Positions 38,516 to 48,548 of a stretch of 64,000 nt of DNA are shown piece by piece. Within the stretch, counting starts at the first letter, position 1. Each line of letters begins with the position of its first letter. The notes beneath the pieces were generated by a model. It did no database searches. It had not been told where the DNA came from and saw only the letters and a program-made list of their open reading frames with translations. The stretch comes from a virus (lineage: Duplodnaviria; Caudoviricetes), in IMG/VR virus record IMGVR_UViG_3300046671_000011, positions 9,861 to 73,860 of that record, one strand, 5' to 3'. The translations under genes and the position numbers were made by a program.

Positions 38516-39961
38516 GTTCTTAGCTTCTTCTCCATCTCCCAAAACTTATCACGAACAAAATAGTCATCACCACCAGGGAATGCCATTCTATATACATCTA
38601 ACATCCCAAGCGCATAAAACCGCTTCCTCTCGAAATCAACACTTACAGGTAGAGAAAATGTAAATATATCCATCTCTAGCATCATGTTGTTGATTGTGGT
38701 GCATATCTGTTCAGCTACTTGTTGTTTATCCATCTTGTCTCCTTTATAGTAAATACAGGACAACCCGAAGGCTGTCCCATATACTTATGATTCTCCATTT
38801 ACCCACTGATCGAGAGTGTTTTCCATCTCTATCAGTTCGCCCTCTGTCTTTGTTGTCCACATCAAAGTACCAACTAGCATATCTTTGAGTGTATAGAACT
38901 CATCAGTTAATACTGAGAGTCGAGCAATGTTGTCGTCGTCAGACGGGTTGTCTTGCATGAAGACCAATATATCTGCAAGCACCTGCCGCCATTTATCACG
39001 AGCGGTTAGCAGTCCTAACATCAAGAACATGATTTGACTCCTACTTTCGATCCGTCGAATTTTGACCACTCAGAAAACGGTTATATTTCACCGCATCCTG
39101 AATGACGATAATAAGCAAAAGGACAACGATTGTGATGACGGCACAATCAATTGTAGACATTATCCCTCCAGTTCGGGCTGATGAGTTGTTTGATACTCGA
39201 TACTACGATTGAAGTCCTTGATAGCCCACCGATAGTTGGCTGTTATATACTTATAGCCAAACGTATTGCGATGTGTGTACGTGATGGTGTTATTTGTCCA
39301 TGAGCGAAGTGTATAGGTATGCTTACCTAACACTAAGACCAGATCTGTATATGTGCGATGTGTATATGACATAGCACCTAATGAGATCATTCGATTAATC
39401 AAATTGAGGATCATCGCGGATTTTCTCTTTCTCTCTCGAACAGTATTGAATATAAATATATATACAACTATCACACTACATCTCTTGCCGCGTTAGCGGT
39501 TAATACAGGCTTTCATGTGTGATTGATATTGCATATACGGGCTATCTATACCAGAGATGTTTCCAGTCTGTTGTATAGTTAAACATTATAACATTCAATC
39601 TAATCTCTTCATAGCTGTACTAGGGCTATTCGATTGATCGAATGTCTCTCAATTATGAACAACTGACCAGGGGCTATCCCCCCTGGGTTGTATATTTATT
39701 GTAGGCTTGCCGATATGCTGCCATTGCAGTCGGGCCAGATCCATGACAGCTACCGAAAACGGCTTTCCATCCATTGCCGAACTTGAATACTGTGATGTGT
39801 ATATCCACAATACCTAATCGGGGAATGTTCACGCTCTCAATGGTGTCTACTCGCTTGTTAGCTCTTAGATCATCTAAGAAGCTCGTTGTCTGCTTTGTGA
39901 GCATAGTTGGGTATCTCCTAAATGATAGATTTGAAATGGATGATTCGAGACTCTGGCGCAA
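38494..39961 (-). other. small early hypothetical genes (38494-38763, 38785-39069, 39160-39474, 39674-39961)
   Basis: same-strand ORFs. Confidence 0.45.
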
Positions 39962-40029
39962 TTAGTTGATAGGTTAAATATGTGAATAGTGATCATCCCG
40001 AAGGACAATCACCACTCACATACGTGAAC

Positions 40030-40593
40030 TTACAACGAGGATACTGCGACGACAGGTGCGCCAACGTCAACGAGTACTGGTTGACCGCCGAATGCGTCTG
40101 CCATTCCCGCGAAGGTATCATCACTGACAACGGGCGAAGAACCCATGTCATAGATTACACCATCACTGGTCGTCACCTTGCTGAAGCTCATGTGCATCTC
40201 GTGATGAACGAAGAGCGGGGCAAGCACCTTGACGATATCACCAATGTCTGCGACGACATTCTCGGTGTTGCGTGCGGTGATGTTGCGAATGACCTGGCCA
40301 AACATGCCAGACGCCTTGACCAACGCTGCTGAGGCTGCTGCCGCTTCGATACGCCTGGGAAGAGCGGAACCTACCCACACCTGTGAGTATGCACCACTGA
40401 CCTGCACATCGGCCTTGCTGCCCGCCTTGAGATTGGTTGCTGCCCAAGCACCGTCAGGGCCATAGAACGCGGCCTTAACCCACGCCTTGCCATCACCGAT
40501 TGTGAAGCGCACGTTGGTGACTGTGGACGGGCCGTACTTCTTGCTAACGATGCTCTTGTTGGCATCTTCAACGAGAACGACTGAGATTTGCAT
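40030..40593 (-). CDS. OB-fold / SSB-like protein, GC-rich, first gene of leftward arm
   Basis: VTNVRFTI...WVKAAFYG...NLKAGSKADVQVSG SSB-like pattern; one sampled 60-nt line is 58% GC. Confidence 0.55.
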   Translation of the reverse strand: MQISVVLVEDANKSIVSKKYGPSTVTNVRFTIGDGKAWVKAAFYGPDGAWAATNLKAGSKADVQVSGAYSQVWVGSALPRRIEAAAASAALVKASGMFGQVIRNITARNTENVVADIGDIVKVLAPLFVHHEMHMSFSKVTTSDGVIYDMGSSPVVSDDTFAGMADAFGGQPVLVDVGAPVVAVSSL

Positions 40594-40843
40594 GGTGGAA
40601 AACTCCCCATATAAACGAGAGTGCTAAGAGGAAGACCCCCTGAGTTCACTTCTCGTAGATTGAAACGGAAGCCCCCATCCATGCAAATTCCAAAAGTGAA
40701 AATCTAAAAAAGTGGAGGTGTTTCCAAAAATTTGGGAGTGCTGTTATATAGCGTTGTACACTTTACGAGTAATGTTATTACTAGTACGCTATACTATAGT
40801 GTACAGTGTTGCAATCAGGCAGTCATGTTAGGCGAGGAACCGA

Positions 40844-41074
40844 ATGGCTGCGACATCACACAAGAACAATTTAACCGGAGCACAACGCCTGGTTATGTTA
40901 TACATGAAATTACTGACGGGGATACCCATTAACCCGACTATATACGCTAAAGAGATGGGTTTACAGCGCGGCAGCATCTACTATCAACTAGATTTACTAT
41001 CGGGAATGAATATCCCGGTAGTTAATTGCAGTTACGGACAATGGACACTTTTGCAGTTTTGTGGAGATAATTAA
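40844..41074 (+). CDS. small winged-HTH DNA-binding protein
   Basis: QRLVMLYMKL...TIYAKEMGLQRGSIYYQLDLLSGMNIPV...W, like HTH_11/WYL-associated wHTH. Confidence 0.6.
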   Translation: MAATSHKNNLTGAQRLVMLYMKLLTGIPINPTIYAKEMGLQRGSIYYQLDLLSGMNIPVVNCSYGQWTLLQFCGDN

Positions 41075-41289
41075 TGGAAAACACACCGATTCGTATTGAA
41101 CAGCCGGATCCGCAATGGCTGGTACTCTGGAACTTCTGGAATGTTCAGGGTCGCCCTACTCAACTTGAACATGGGAGATACTCTTATCTCGTTCTTAAAG
41201 AAAATGATAAGATGGTCTTTGTCCTTACTGGTGGCTCACAAGGCCCTGGTAATATGTATGACAGTTCGTCATTTCAGAAAATGGGCTAA
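41074..41289 (+). CDS. hypothetical protein
   Basis: coupled between the HTH gene and terminase. Confidence 0.5.
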   Translation: MENTPIRIEQPDPQWLVLWNFWNVQGRPTQLEHGRYSYLVLKENDKMVFVLTGGSQGPGNMYDSSSFQKMG

Positions 41290-43137
41290 ATGGCTAAGCA
41301 GATTATCCAGCCAACAAGGAAAGTTGACCGACTAAATCAGGCTGACTTTGATATCTTCAAACAGGGTTCAGTAAACGTCAACTTCTTTACAGACTGGTAT
41401 ATGCGTTCACCCTCGTCAGGTACTCGCTTCTCCAGACATAGTGATAGTGATAATCCCAAGTTAGATGCTATCTGGTTGATGTTGATTGAAGCCTGGACGA
41501 AGGAAGGAAAGCCCGGTGATGGTTGGACTCATCAAGGAGTCCCTTATCGGATATTGGTAGATGAGAATGAAGACCCGATTTTTTGGGTTCATCATGGTTG
41601 GCTCTGGCAAGACTGGCAGAAAGACTGCTTTCATGCTCCCCAACCTGAACAGACAATCATTGGCGGGTTTGGTTGTGGTAAGACTGCTTATATAGCAATG
41701 TCTCTTGCAGTTTTGGCAGCGACAATTCCCAACTTTCGAGGGTATGCAGTTGCTCCTCAGATGCTACAGGCTATGGAAGTCTATCGCTATATCTCGACAG
41801 CCTGCGCGGATACTCCCTGGTGGAACCGATGGGTTTGGCGTAACCCTATGAAACCTATCCCCTTATTCGAGATTAAGAATTCTTATGTAGGAACTTCTAC
41901 TATAGAGATCCTTAGTATCGAACATGACCCCGAAAAAGTGCGTACTCTCGAAGGAGATGTAATCTTTCTCGATCAGGCTGAAAAGATTGATGACTTAGAT
42001 GGTCTTATTCGTGACCTGGGATCGCGTTTGCGCGGTGCTGTGCATGGAAGGTCTCGACTAGGCCGTTTGTGTCTGATTGCTAACGCTGGCGATAACCCTC
42101 AACTATGGTATCGCTATGATATGGGAGAACTTGAACCTAATATCTATCTGTCTAAGAACCCAAAAAGCTCGGATAATCCTGCTATTAGTAAGAAAGACCT
42201 CGAAAGTCTCTATCGAAGAGTAGGTGGAACTAAGCAAGATGCCGAACAGTGGATGAATGGTCAGCGCCCGATGGGTCGGGGTGAACACTTTCCACCAGAT
42301 ATGGTCAGAGCTTGCACAAATGTAGGCTTAGATAACGTCATGGATGCTTGGCTTAAGCAAAAAGACGACGAGATTACGGAGTGGGAGACGGTTAAAGAGA
42401 CTATCAACTATGATATGTCTCCTCTCGATAGTGAGGCTCAACAATATCATCGGTTAACTACTCATAGAGTAGGAGTCTACCGATGGGAAATGCCACCTGA
42501 TCATCGGGCTAAGCGCCAATATATAGTTATTGCTGACCCTGGACAGGGAAATCCACCTGATCGCAACTCTGCGTGCATAATGGCGTGGGATATCACTGAC
42601 TTTCCATCAAAACCAGCGACTATGCGGGCTTTTAATTGGGTCTTTTGCAATGGAAGTTACTGGCCTTTTCTACAAGAGTATGAGAGATATGTAAAACTCT
42701 ATCATGCTCAGGGTAGAAATGCCTTCGATAGCACTGGAACCCAAAAAGGCTTCGATGAACTTGTGTTTGCGACTATGGAGCTACATGCTCAGGGTATGGA
42801 TATGGCCCAAAACGGTAAATATCTAGCTCTAAATAGTCTTAAATTCTTTATGGGTAAGTATCTTATGCAATTTCCGTATATCTCTCACCTTGTTAATCAG
42901 TTAACCAACTATCGGTTGCCTGATACCAAGATCGCACAGGATTTGGTGATGACAATGGCGATGAGTGCGGCTTATATGCGTAGGTTCTACTATGAAGATA
43001 TCCCTGATGATGAGACTTTAGCAAGAACCAGAGCTACTACTCGAACAGTAAATAGATATGAGCGAGATTCGATTGATCGAAATTCCAGAAGTGGTCAACC
43101 TGTCATTCGAACAGATAGGAGAGGGATAAAGATATGA
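41290..43137 (+). CDS. terminase large subunit
   Basis: Walker A GGFGCGKT, Walker B FLDQAE, nuclease IADPG...DRNSA, FDSTGTQ, QDLVMTMAM. Confidence 0.88.
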   Translation: MAKQIIQPTRKVDRLNQADFDIFKQGSVNVNFFTDWYMRSPSSGTRFSRHSDSDNPKLDAIWLMLIEAWTKEGKPGDGWTHQGVPYRILVDENEDPIFWVHHGWLWQDWQKDCFHAPQPEQTIIGGFGCGKTAYIAMSLAVLAATIPNFRGYAVAPQMLQAMEVYRYISTACADTPWWNRWVWRNPMKPIPLFEIKNSYVGTSTIEILSIEHDPEKVRTLEGDVIFLDQAEKIDDLDGLIRDLGSRLRGAVHGRSRLGRLCLIANAGDNPQLWYRYDMGELEPNIYLSKNPKSSDNPAISKKDLESLYRRVGGTKQDAEQWMNGQRPMGRGEHFPPDMVRACTNVGLDNVMDAWLKQKDDEITEWETVKETINYDMSPLDSEAQQYHRLTTHRVGVYRWEMPPDHRAKRQYIVIADPGQGNPPDRNSACIMAWDITDFPSKPATMRAFNWVFCNGSYWPFLQEYERYVKLYHAQGRNAFDSTGTQKGFDELVFATMELHAQGMDMAQNGKYLALNSLKFFMGKYLMQFPYISHLVNQLTNYRLPDTKIAQDLVMTMAMSAAYMRRFYYEDIPDDETLARTRATTRTVNRYERDSIDRNSRSGQPVIRTDRRGIKI

Positions 43138-43307
43138 TAAGAAAACTAAAGACTTGGATAAGTAAGCGATTAGTTGCTTATGGATCCTGGTTAATGACTG
43201 ATCACAAGTGGGCAAGGTTATGCTTCCGGCTTGCTCACTGGTTAGACAAAGATGTACGGCGGGAAGCTCCAATCGTTAAACAATCACGTTATACAAGGTA
43301 GGAAACT

Positions 43308-44963
43308 ATGGCAGGTGACTTTGGTGATCCCCGCTTAGCTGGATATTTTGATGTCGAGGATAGAAGAGTAGGAACTAGCGGGACAATCCCGTTTGAGAAG
43401 GCCGAATTCCCTGCCTCTTTCCCTTTTGCACGCTGGAATTTCCAGAGCCAGAAGTATCTAACCTATTGGCGATACTTTACAGGGGAGTTTTTAGAAGAAA
43501 CTATCCCTAATCAGCAGGACGAGGATGGAAATCCTATCCTTAAGTATCCTTTGCAGATTAACTATATTAAATCTGCGGCGATGAAGCATAACTATGTTCT
43601 TTGGGGAGAAGTTCAGGATACACCTGATTGTCTTGCGCCAGTTCGTGCTCGACCTCGATTAGATGCAGGCCAAGAGCGACCAGAAGATGACGAGGTTCAA
43701 AAGGCTAAAGAAGCTGAGAATTTAGTCAATCGTGTCTGGATAGAAAACTCAGGCCGTGCGCTTCAGCAAGAATCGGGTCTTCTTCAGCAGTTTCTAGGTG
43801 GGATTATTATCCGAGTAGGCTGGCAACCAGATGATGATGAATTAGAGTATGGTATTCGACTAGAATATATACTGCCTGATTTCTTCCTACCAGTTTGGGA
43901 TAATGGTAAGCCTGATAATTTGCTAGAGGCATGGATTGTCTATCGAATGCCTAGTCGAGAGGCACAAATTAGGTTTGGTTTCGACGGATCGAATGACACT
44001 AATGCTCAACCACTCTATATAGAACATTGGACTAAAGAATCCATCTCTATTACCCTCGGCGGAAAACCTATCTCTTATAATATCAATGGCGTCGATATTA
44101 CTTATGATGATATAGATAATCCGTTCGGGTTTGTACCCTTTGTTTACATCCCTCGTGAGCGGGCAGGTAGCTATTATGGTCTATCCATGATAGATGACCT
44201 GATTGGCATGGTTAAGGAGATGAACTCTCGATGGGCTGATCTTGGAGATGTTATCCGTGATACTTCTCATCGTGATATCTTTGTCCGCAACGTGCCGGGT
44301 AATATCCGAACCCGTGACATTGGTTCCTCTCGATCAGCTATTGACTTAGGAACTGCTTCTCCAGGCAGTAGTGATCCTGAAGCCTTTGTGATTGACCCAC
44401 CTTCTCTTGCTGAAAGTCTAACTACCTATCCTGAAGACTTACGTAAACAATTTATGCGCGATGCCTTTATCACAGGAGTTTCTGAAGGTGAAGATGAAGG
44501 CTCTCAACGGTCAGCATTAACTCTTGCTTTTCGTATGTGGCCTTTAACCGCAAAGGTACGGACTATTCGGACAAATTGGGGAGTTGCTCTCACTCGAATA
44601 GCAAAGATGATTGTTAAGATGGCAGCAATCAAAGATGTAGCAGGAATAACGCTTGAACATCTAGAGGATATTGATTGGGAAGTTGATTGGTCGCCAATGG
44701 TTCCAAGAGATGCCGAACAAGAGCTTAACGCTGTCGTGACAAACGTACAGACTAATCTAATGTCACACGTCACAGCGATTGAAAAACAAAGAACTGTACA
44801 TGATCCCCTTGACGAATGGGAGAAAATAAAGGATGATATGAAATGGATGGCATCGCTTGAAGCTTCTAAGACACCTCAGAAGCAAGCTGATGGCACAACC
44901 AAAGTATCTCCTGACTTACCAAGTCTCGGACAATCTGGTTCCCCGACAACGGAAACAGAGTAG
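43308..44963 (+). CDS. portal protein
   Basis: follows terminase; INYIK, NPFGFVPFVYIP, YYGLSMIDDL, SALTL SPP1-like portal features. Confidence 0.82.
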   Translation: MAGDFGDPRLAGYFDVEDRRVGTSGTIPFEKAEFPASFPFARWNFQSQKYLTYWRYFTGEFLEETIPNQQDEDGNPILKYPLQINYIKSAAMKHNYVLWGEVQDTPDCLAPVRARPRLDAGQERPEDDEVQKAKEAENLVNRVWIENSGRALQQESGLLQQFLGGIIIRVGWQPDDDELEYGIRLEYILPDFFLPVWDNGKPDNLLEAWIVYRMPSREAQIRFGFDGSNDTNAQPLYIEHWTKESISITLGGKPISYNINGVDITYDDIDNPFGFVPFVYIPRERAGSYYGLSMIDDLIGMVKEMNSRWADLGDVIRDTSHRDIFVRNVPGNIRTRDIGSSRSAIDLGTASPGSSDPEAFVIDPPSLAESLTTYPEDLRKQFMRDAFITGVSEGEDEGSQRSALTLAFRMWPLTAKVRTIRTNWGVALTRIAKMIVKMAAIKDVAGITLEHLEDIDWEVDWSPMVPRDAEQELNAVVTNVQTNLMSHVTAIEKQRTVHDPLDEWEKIKDDMKWMASLEASKTPQKQADGTTKVSPDLPSLGQSGSPTTETE

Positions 44964-45054
44964 GTAATAGAAGGGCGTATAACAGTATTGAACGGTATCT
45001 TGGAATAATGATACCGTTAGTTAATTTTATGTAAGTTAGGAGTATTGTGTAACG

Positions 45055-45768
45055 ATGACAGACGACCTGCAAGATGAAGCCTCGGAAAAAACCGGGAAGA
45101 AAACTACCGACACTTCTTCTAGTAACTCGGAAACATCCATTGACTATAAGGCCCGCTTTGAAGGGGCCACACGTAAGATTGACAAACTCGTCAAACAAAT
45201 GGACGCGCTTCAATCTCGTTATGACTTGGCTGTTGAAGAACACGAAGGTGAGCTTGCTGACCTGCGTAAGAATAGCAAATCCGAGTCTTCTAGAGTAAAA
45301 GAACTTGAACGTGAAGCTGCTAATGCTAAGGCAGATGCAGAAAAACTTCAGGCTCAATTAACTGGAATAACCGAGAAAGAGACTATTCGGGCTAAGATAA
45401 AAGATAAATACCCCGCGCTTGAAAGCGTATTCGATCAGGGTGACTTGAAAGACAAGTCACTATTCAAAGACGAAACCGAGTATGATGCTTATTTAGACCG
45501 TATGGCAAAAATTGCTGGTGCTCAGCAATCCCTCAATGAAGAAGCGCCTCCACCTGACGAGACTGAAAATCAACTAAAGCGCGTTACGGGTGCGGTTCCT
45601 GCTAATCCCCTACGTGCGCGTGAAGGGCAAAAGAAAGCCCGTTCAGTTTCAGAGATCAATGAAGAATTGTGGAGTATCGACTCTAAAGATAAGAAAAACC
45701 AATCAAGGTTGGTTGAGCTATATGCGGAGTTAGATGCTTCAGGTGCATCCCTAACCGGGGTGAAGTAG
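45055..45768 (+). CDS. capsid scaffolding protein
   Basis: charged coiled-coil ORF between portal and capsid. Confidence 0.72.
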   Translation: MTDDLQDEASEKTGKKTTDTSSSNSETSIDYKARFEGATRKIDKLVKQMDALQSRYDLAVEEHEGELADLRKNSKSESSRVKELEREAANAKADAEKLQAQLTGITEKETIRAKIKDKYPALESVFDQGDLKDKSLFKDETEYDAYLDRMAKIAGAQQSLNEEAPPPDETENQLKRVTGAVPANPLRAREGQKKARSVSEINEELWSIDSKDKKNQSRLVELYAELDASGASLTGVK

Positions 45769-45779
45769 GAGCTTAAATC

Positions 45780-47189
45780 ATGGCTGAATTAATAGGTACG
45801 CCCTATTCTCAGACACTACCATCAACTTTCGATGTTGCATATCCAGATAATCCCTGGGCTAACATCACCACAAAAGAGCGTCTTTGGTATGATCCTATTC
45901 TGCGTGATGTTTATCGTCAACGCGCAGTCTTTGGTCAGTTTACAATGTTCGCTCAGAACTTAGCTAACCGTAATGCTAAAACGATGCAAATCACGTCATT
46001 GTATGATATTCACCCAAACTTCGATCAAATCGGATTGCGTGATATGTGGATGCCCGCGTCACACGTTGACAGCCGTGCATTGCAGATCACCTTTGGTCGG
46101 TATGGTGGTAAGGTTGCTTATCACGCCTATGATGAGATTATCAACTATTGGGAATATAATGGCGGTAACTCCAGCGCTCTTCGCCGGATTATCAATGATA
46201 AGCTAGGCCAGCATATGATTGACGTGCAGGACTTCCTGTCACGTAACGCCTTGCTTGGTGTTCCCCACACTCTCTTTGCTAATGATAAGACCTCGTTTGC
46301 TGACCTGAGCCTCGAAGATAAGGCTACGACTTCAGCCTTAAATGAAATTCACCTCGGTATGAAGTATCGTGGAGTTCCTTATGCTCAGAGCCGTGATGGT
46401 TCTGTCGGGAACATTGTCTGTATTACCTCTCCTGGTGTGATCTTCGATCTTCAGCAACAGACTGATCCTAAAGATTGGTTAGTTCCGATGGCTTATGCTG
46501 ATCCTTCACGGCTGCTTAACTATGAAGTGGGTACATACCGGAATGTTCGCTTTGTCGAAACTCCAAAGATGACTCTCTTCAACTGCGGTGCGATTATCGT
46601 TCAGGCTGTTGTGTCTGCCGCGATCAATGCGGGTGATGGTTCTCCTGATCCTGCAACCACGAAAGTTGATCAGACCTATATGGTTGGTCAGCCTGCATCT
46701 ACTCACTATGTTCAACTGGCATCAGGCACGTCAGCCGGGGATATGGCAAAGTTTAAGGTTAATGATTATGTGACTGTCCACGTCCAGCGCACCAGTGACT
46801 TTGGGGTCACGAACGGCGTAGACTATCGAGACGGAAAACTGCATAACCGCCGTATCGTTGCCGTTGATACTGTGAATAAGCGTCTCTCCTTCGATCAGCC
46901 GATTATGATCGATATTGCTACTTTGCTAACGACTGCTACCTATGCCTATGTGACGAAGGCTGTTCACGTCCACGCAATGATCTTTGTGGGTGGTAGTGAT
47001 GGTATCGTGATGGGTATCGGACGCCCGCCACGTTTGCACGCACCTGGGCCTGTTGACGACTTCGATAGTATCTTCCGATTTTCGTGGGATAGCTATCAGG
47101 GCTATGGGGTGTATAACCCCGCCGTCCTTGAAGTCCTCTTTGTGGGTGGTAACTTCCGTATGGTTGGTGCTATGGCGCTGCAAGGATAG
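45780..47189 (+). CDS. major capsid protein
   Basis: position; 469 aa; YEVGTYRNVRFVETP and GPVDDFDSIFRFSWDSY HK97-fold-like segments. Confidence 0.82.
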   Translation: MAELIGTPYSQTLPSTFDVAYPDNPWANITTKERLWYDPILRDVYRQRAVFGQFTMFAQNLANRNAKTMQITSLYDIHPNFDQIGLRDMWMPASHVDSRALQITFGRYGGKVAYHAYDEIINYWEYNGGNSSALRRIINDKLGQHMIDVQDFLSRNALLGVPHTLFANDKTSFADLSLEDKATTSALNEIHLGMKYRGVPYAQSRDGSVGNIVCITSPGVIFDLQQQTDPKDWLVPMAYADPSRLLNYEVGTYRNVRFVETPKMTLFNCGAIIVQAVVSAAINAGDGSPDPATTKVDQTYMVGQPASTHYVQLASGTSAGDMAKFKVNDYVTVHVQRTSDFGVTNGVDYRDGKLHNRRIVAVDTVNKRLSFDQPIMIDIATLLTTATYAYVTKAVHVHAMIFVGGSDGIVMGIGRPPRLHAPGPVDDFDSIFRFSWDSYQGYGVYNPAVLEVLFVGGNFRMVGAMALQG

Positions 47190-47193
47190 TCTT

Positions 47194-47913
47194 ATGATAA
47201 GTTGGGGTGTGCTGAAGTCTTATATCTTAGATGGATTACTACAAGTATCTACAACCTCATCGACAACGACTGAGGTGACTGATGATATTGTCTATACCTC
47301 AGCACAACTTCTGACTTGGGCTAGATGGGCTTGTTCTGAAGTTAGTTATCATACAGCACAAGCCGCACAGGAAAGATATCTTGGGGATGGAGTCACTAAA
47401 AAGTGGCTTCTTCCGCCATTAATGATTGATGCGATTGAGAAAACTGCATTAGTTATGTATGACGATGGGAAGACTCAAAACTTTTTGCCACCGTTGAAAG
47501 TAAGACCCGATCTGGTGTTTGCAAACGGGCATTCACAGAGAGCTTACTATGAGTGGCCTATGGGTACTTTGTCTCTTGCCTTTATAGTTCCTAATGGTCA
47601 GAGTGTCACTCTTGATTACTTTAAGATATGGACACCGCCAACTGACGACAATAGCATTATGGAGTTTCCTCAATGGATGGAAATGCCTTTTGCCTACTTT
47701 GTAGCGGCTTATGCAATGGAGCCTGTTGGGGTTCAAGCAAGTCGTATTCGTCAGTGGAACCGTAAACAAGATTCAGGTAATCCTGAACATAATCCTCTTC
47801 ATCGTCAGACTGAGCATTTTATCGCTATGGCTAATCGTCTTCTCAATAAAGCCACTCCACAGGATCGAGATAAGTTCTTTGATCCTGATAGTAAAAGTCT
47901 AGGGATACGTTAA
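47194..47913 (+). CDS. head-tail adaptor/connector
   Basis: position after capsid; start moved to MISWGVL. Confidence 0.55.
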   Translation: MISWGVLKSYILDGLLQVSTTSSTTTEVTDDIVYTSAQLLTWARWACSEVSYHTAQAAQERYLGDGVTKKWLLPPLMIDAIEKTALVMYDDGKTQNFLPPLKVRPDLVFANGHSQRAYYEWPMGTLSLAFIVPNGQSVTLDYFKIWTPPTDDNSIMEFPQWMEMPFAYFVAAYAMEPVGVQASRIRQWNRKQDSGNPEHNPLHRQTEHFIAMANRLLNKATPQDRDKFFDPDSKSLGIR

Positions 47914-48452
47914 TGGACTCTAGTGTATGTAATCTTCTGATAGATACTGTGAATACATATCTAACTGAGATTCTACAGGAGTTTGTAGATGTGACTGATG
48001 AGACCAGAGCCGGAACTGTTCGGCCTGGACTTCTGCAAGATGACCCGACCAGGTTTCATATAAGTATCCTGACATATAGCAATGACCCTGATCACCAGGA
48101 TCGATGGCGACATTCAATTGTCAATCACGATCTGAGTACAGGGAAAAGAAATCCGCCAGCTTATCAATTAGGTGGTGGAAGTATGTGGTTTCGCAGGTTT
48201 ACGACAGTGCTTGAACAATACTGGAAACCGTCTACAGATAGACAACGTGGACGGACATTAGGGAATGTGGTACTGTCGAGGGCCGAGCACGCACTTAATC
48301 ACGCACCAATTAATAATTTGGTGGATAGTTTTGGAGAATACGCTGTGCAAATGTATGTAAAGAGTTCGACAGCTACAGATGCAGGCGGACAAGGGCAGTT
48401 TATCACCCATAGTAAGATATGGTGGGAAGTATTAACGGCCCGTGATGATTAG
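47913..48452 (+). CDS. head-closure/tail-terminator protein
   Basis: position before tail tube; coupled TAATG junction. Confidence 0.5.
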   Translation: MDSSVCNLLIDTVNTYLTEILQEFVDVTDETRAGTVRPGLLQDDPTRFHISILTYSNDPDHQDRWRHSIVNHDLSTGKRNPPAYQLGGGSMWFRRFTTVLEQYWKPSTDRQRGRTLGNVVLSRAEHALNHAPINNLVDSFGEYAVQMYVKSSTATDAGGQGQFITHSKIWWEVLTARDD

Positions 48453-48548
48453 TTCCCTCGCATTAGGTTTGTCCACACTTCCCGGTAGGTCTGGACAAGA
48501 TCAAATTCGACGGATCGAAATAAAGCAATCGAACCGAATACGGGGGCA

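Noticed and set aside
39982-40682. Overlapping ORFs 39982-40332 (+), 40229-40465 (+), 40238-40447 (-), 40371-40682 (-)
   Set aside because: GC-rich shadows of the 40030-40593 gene, which has the coherent SSB-like sequence.
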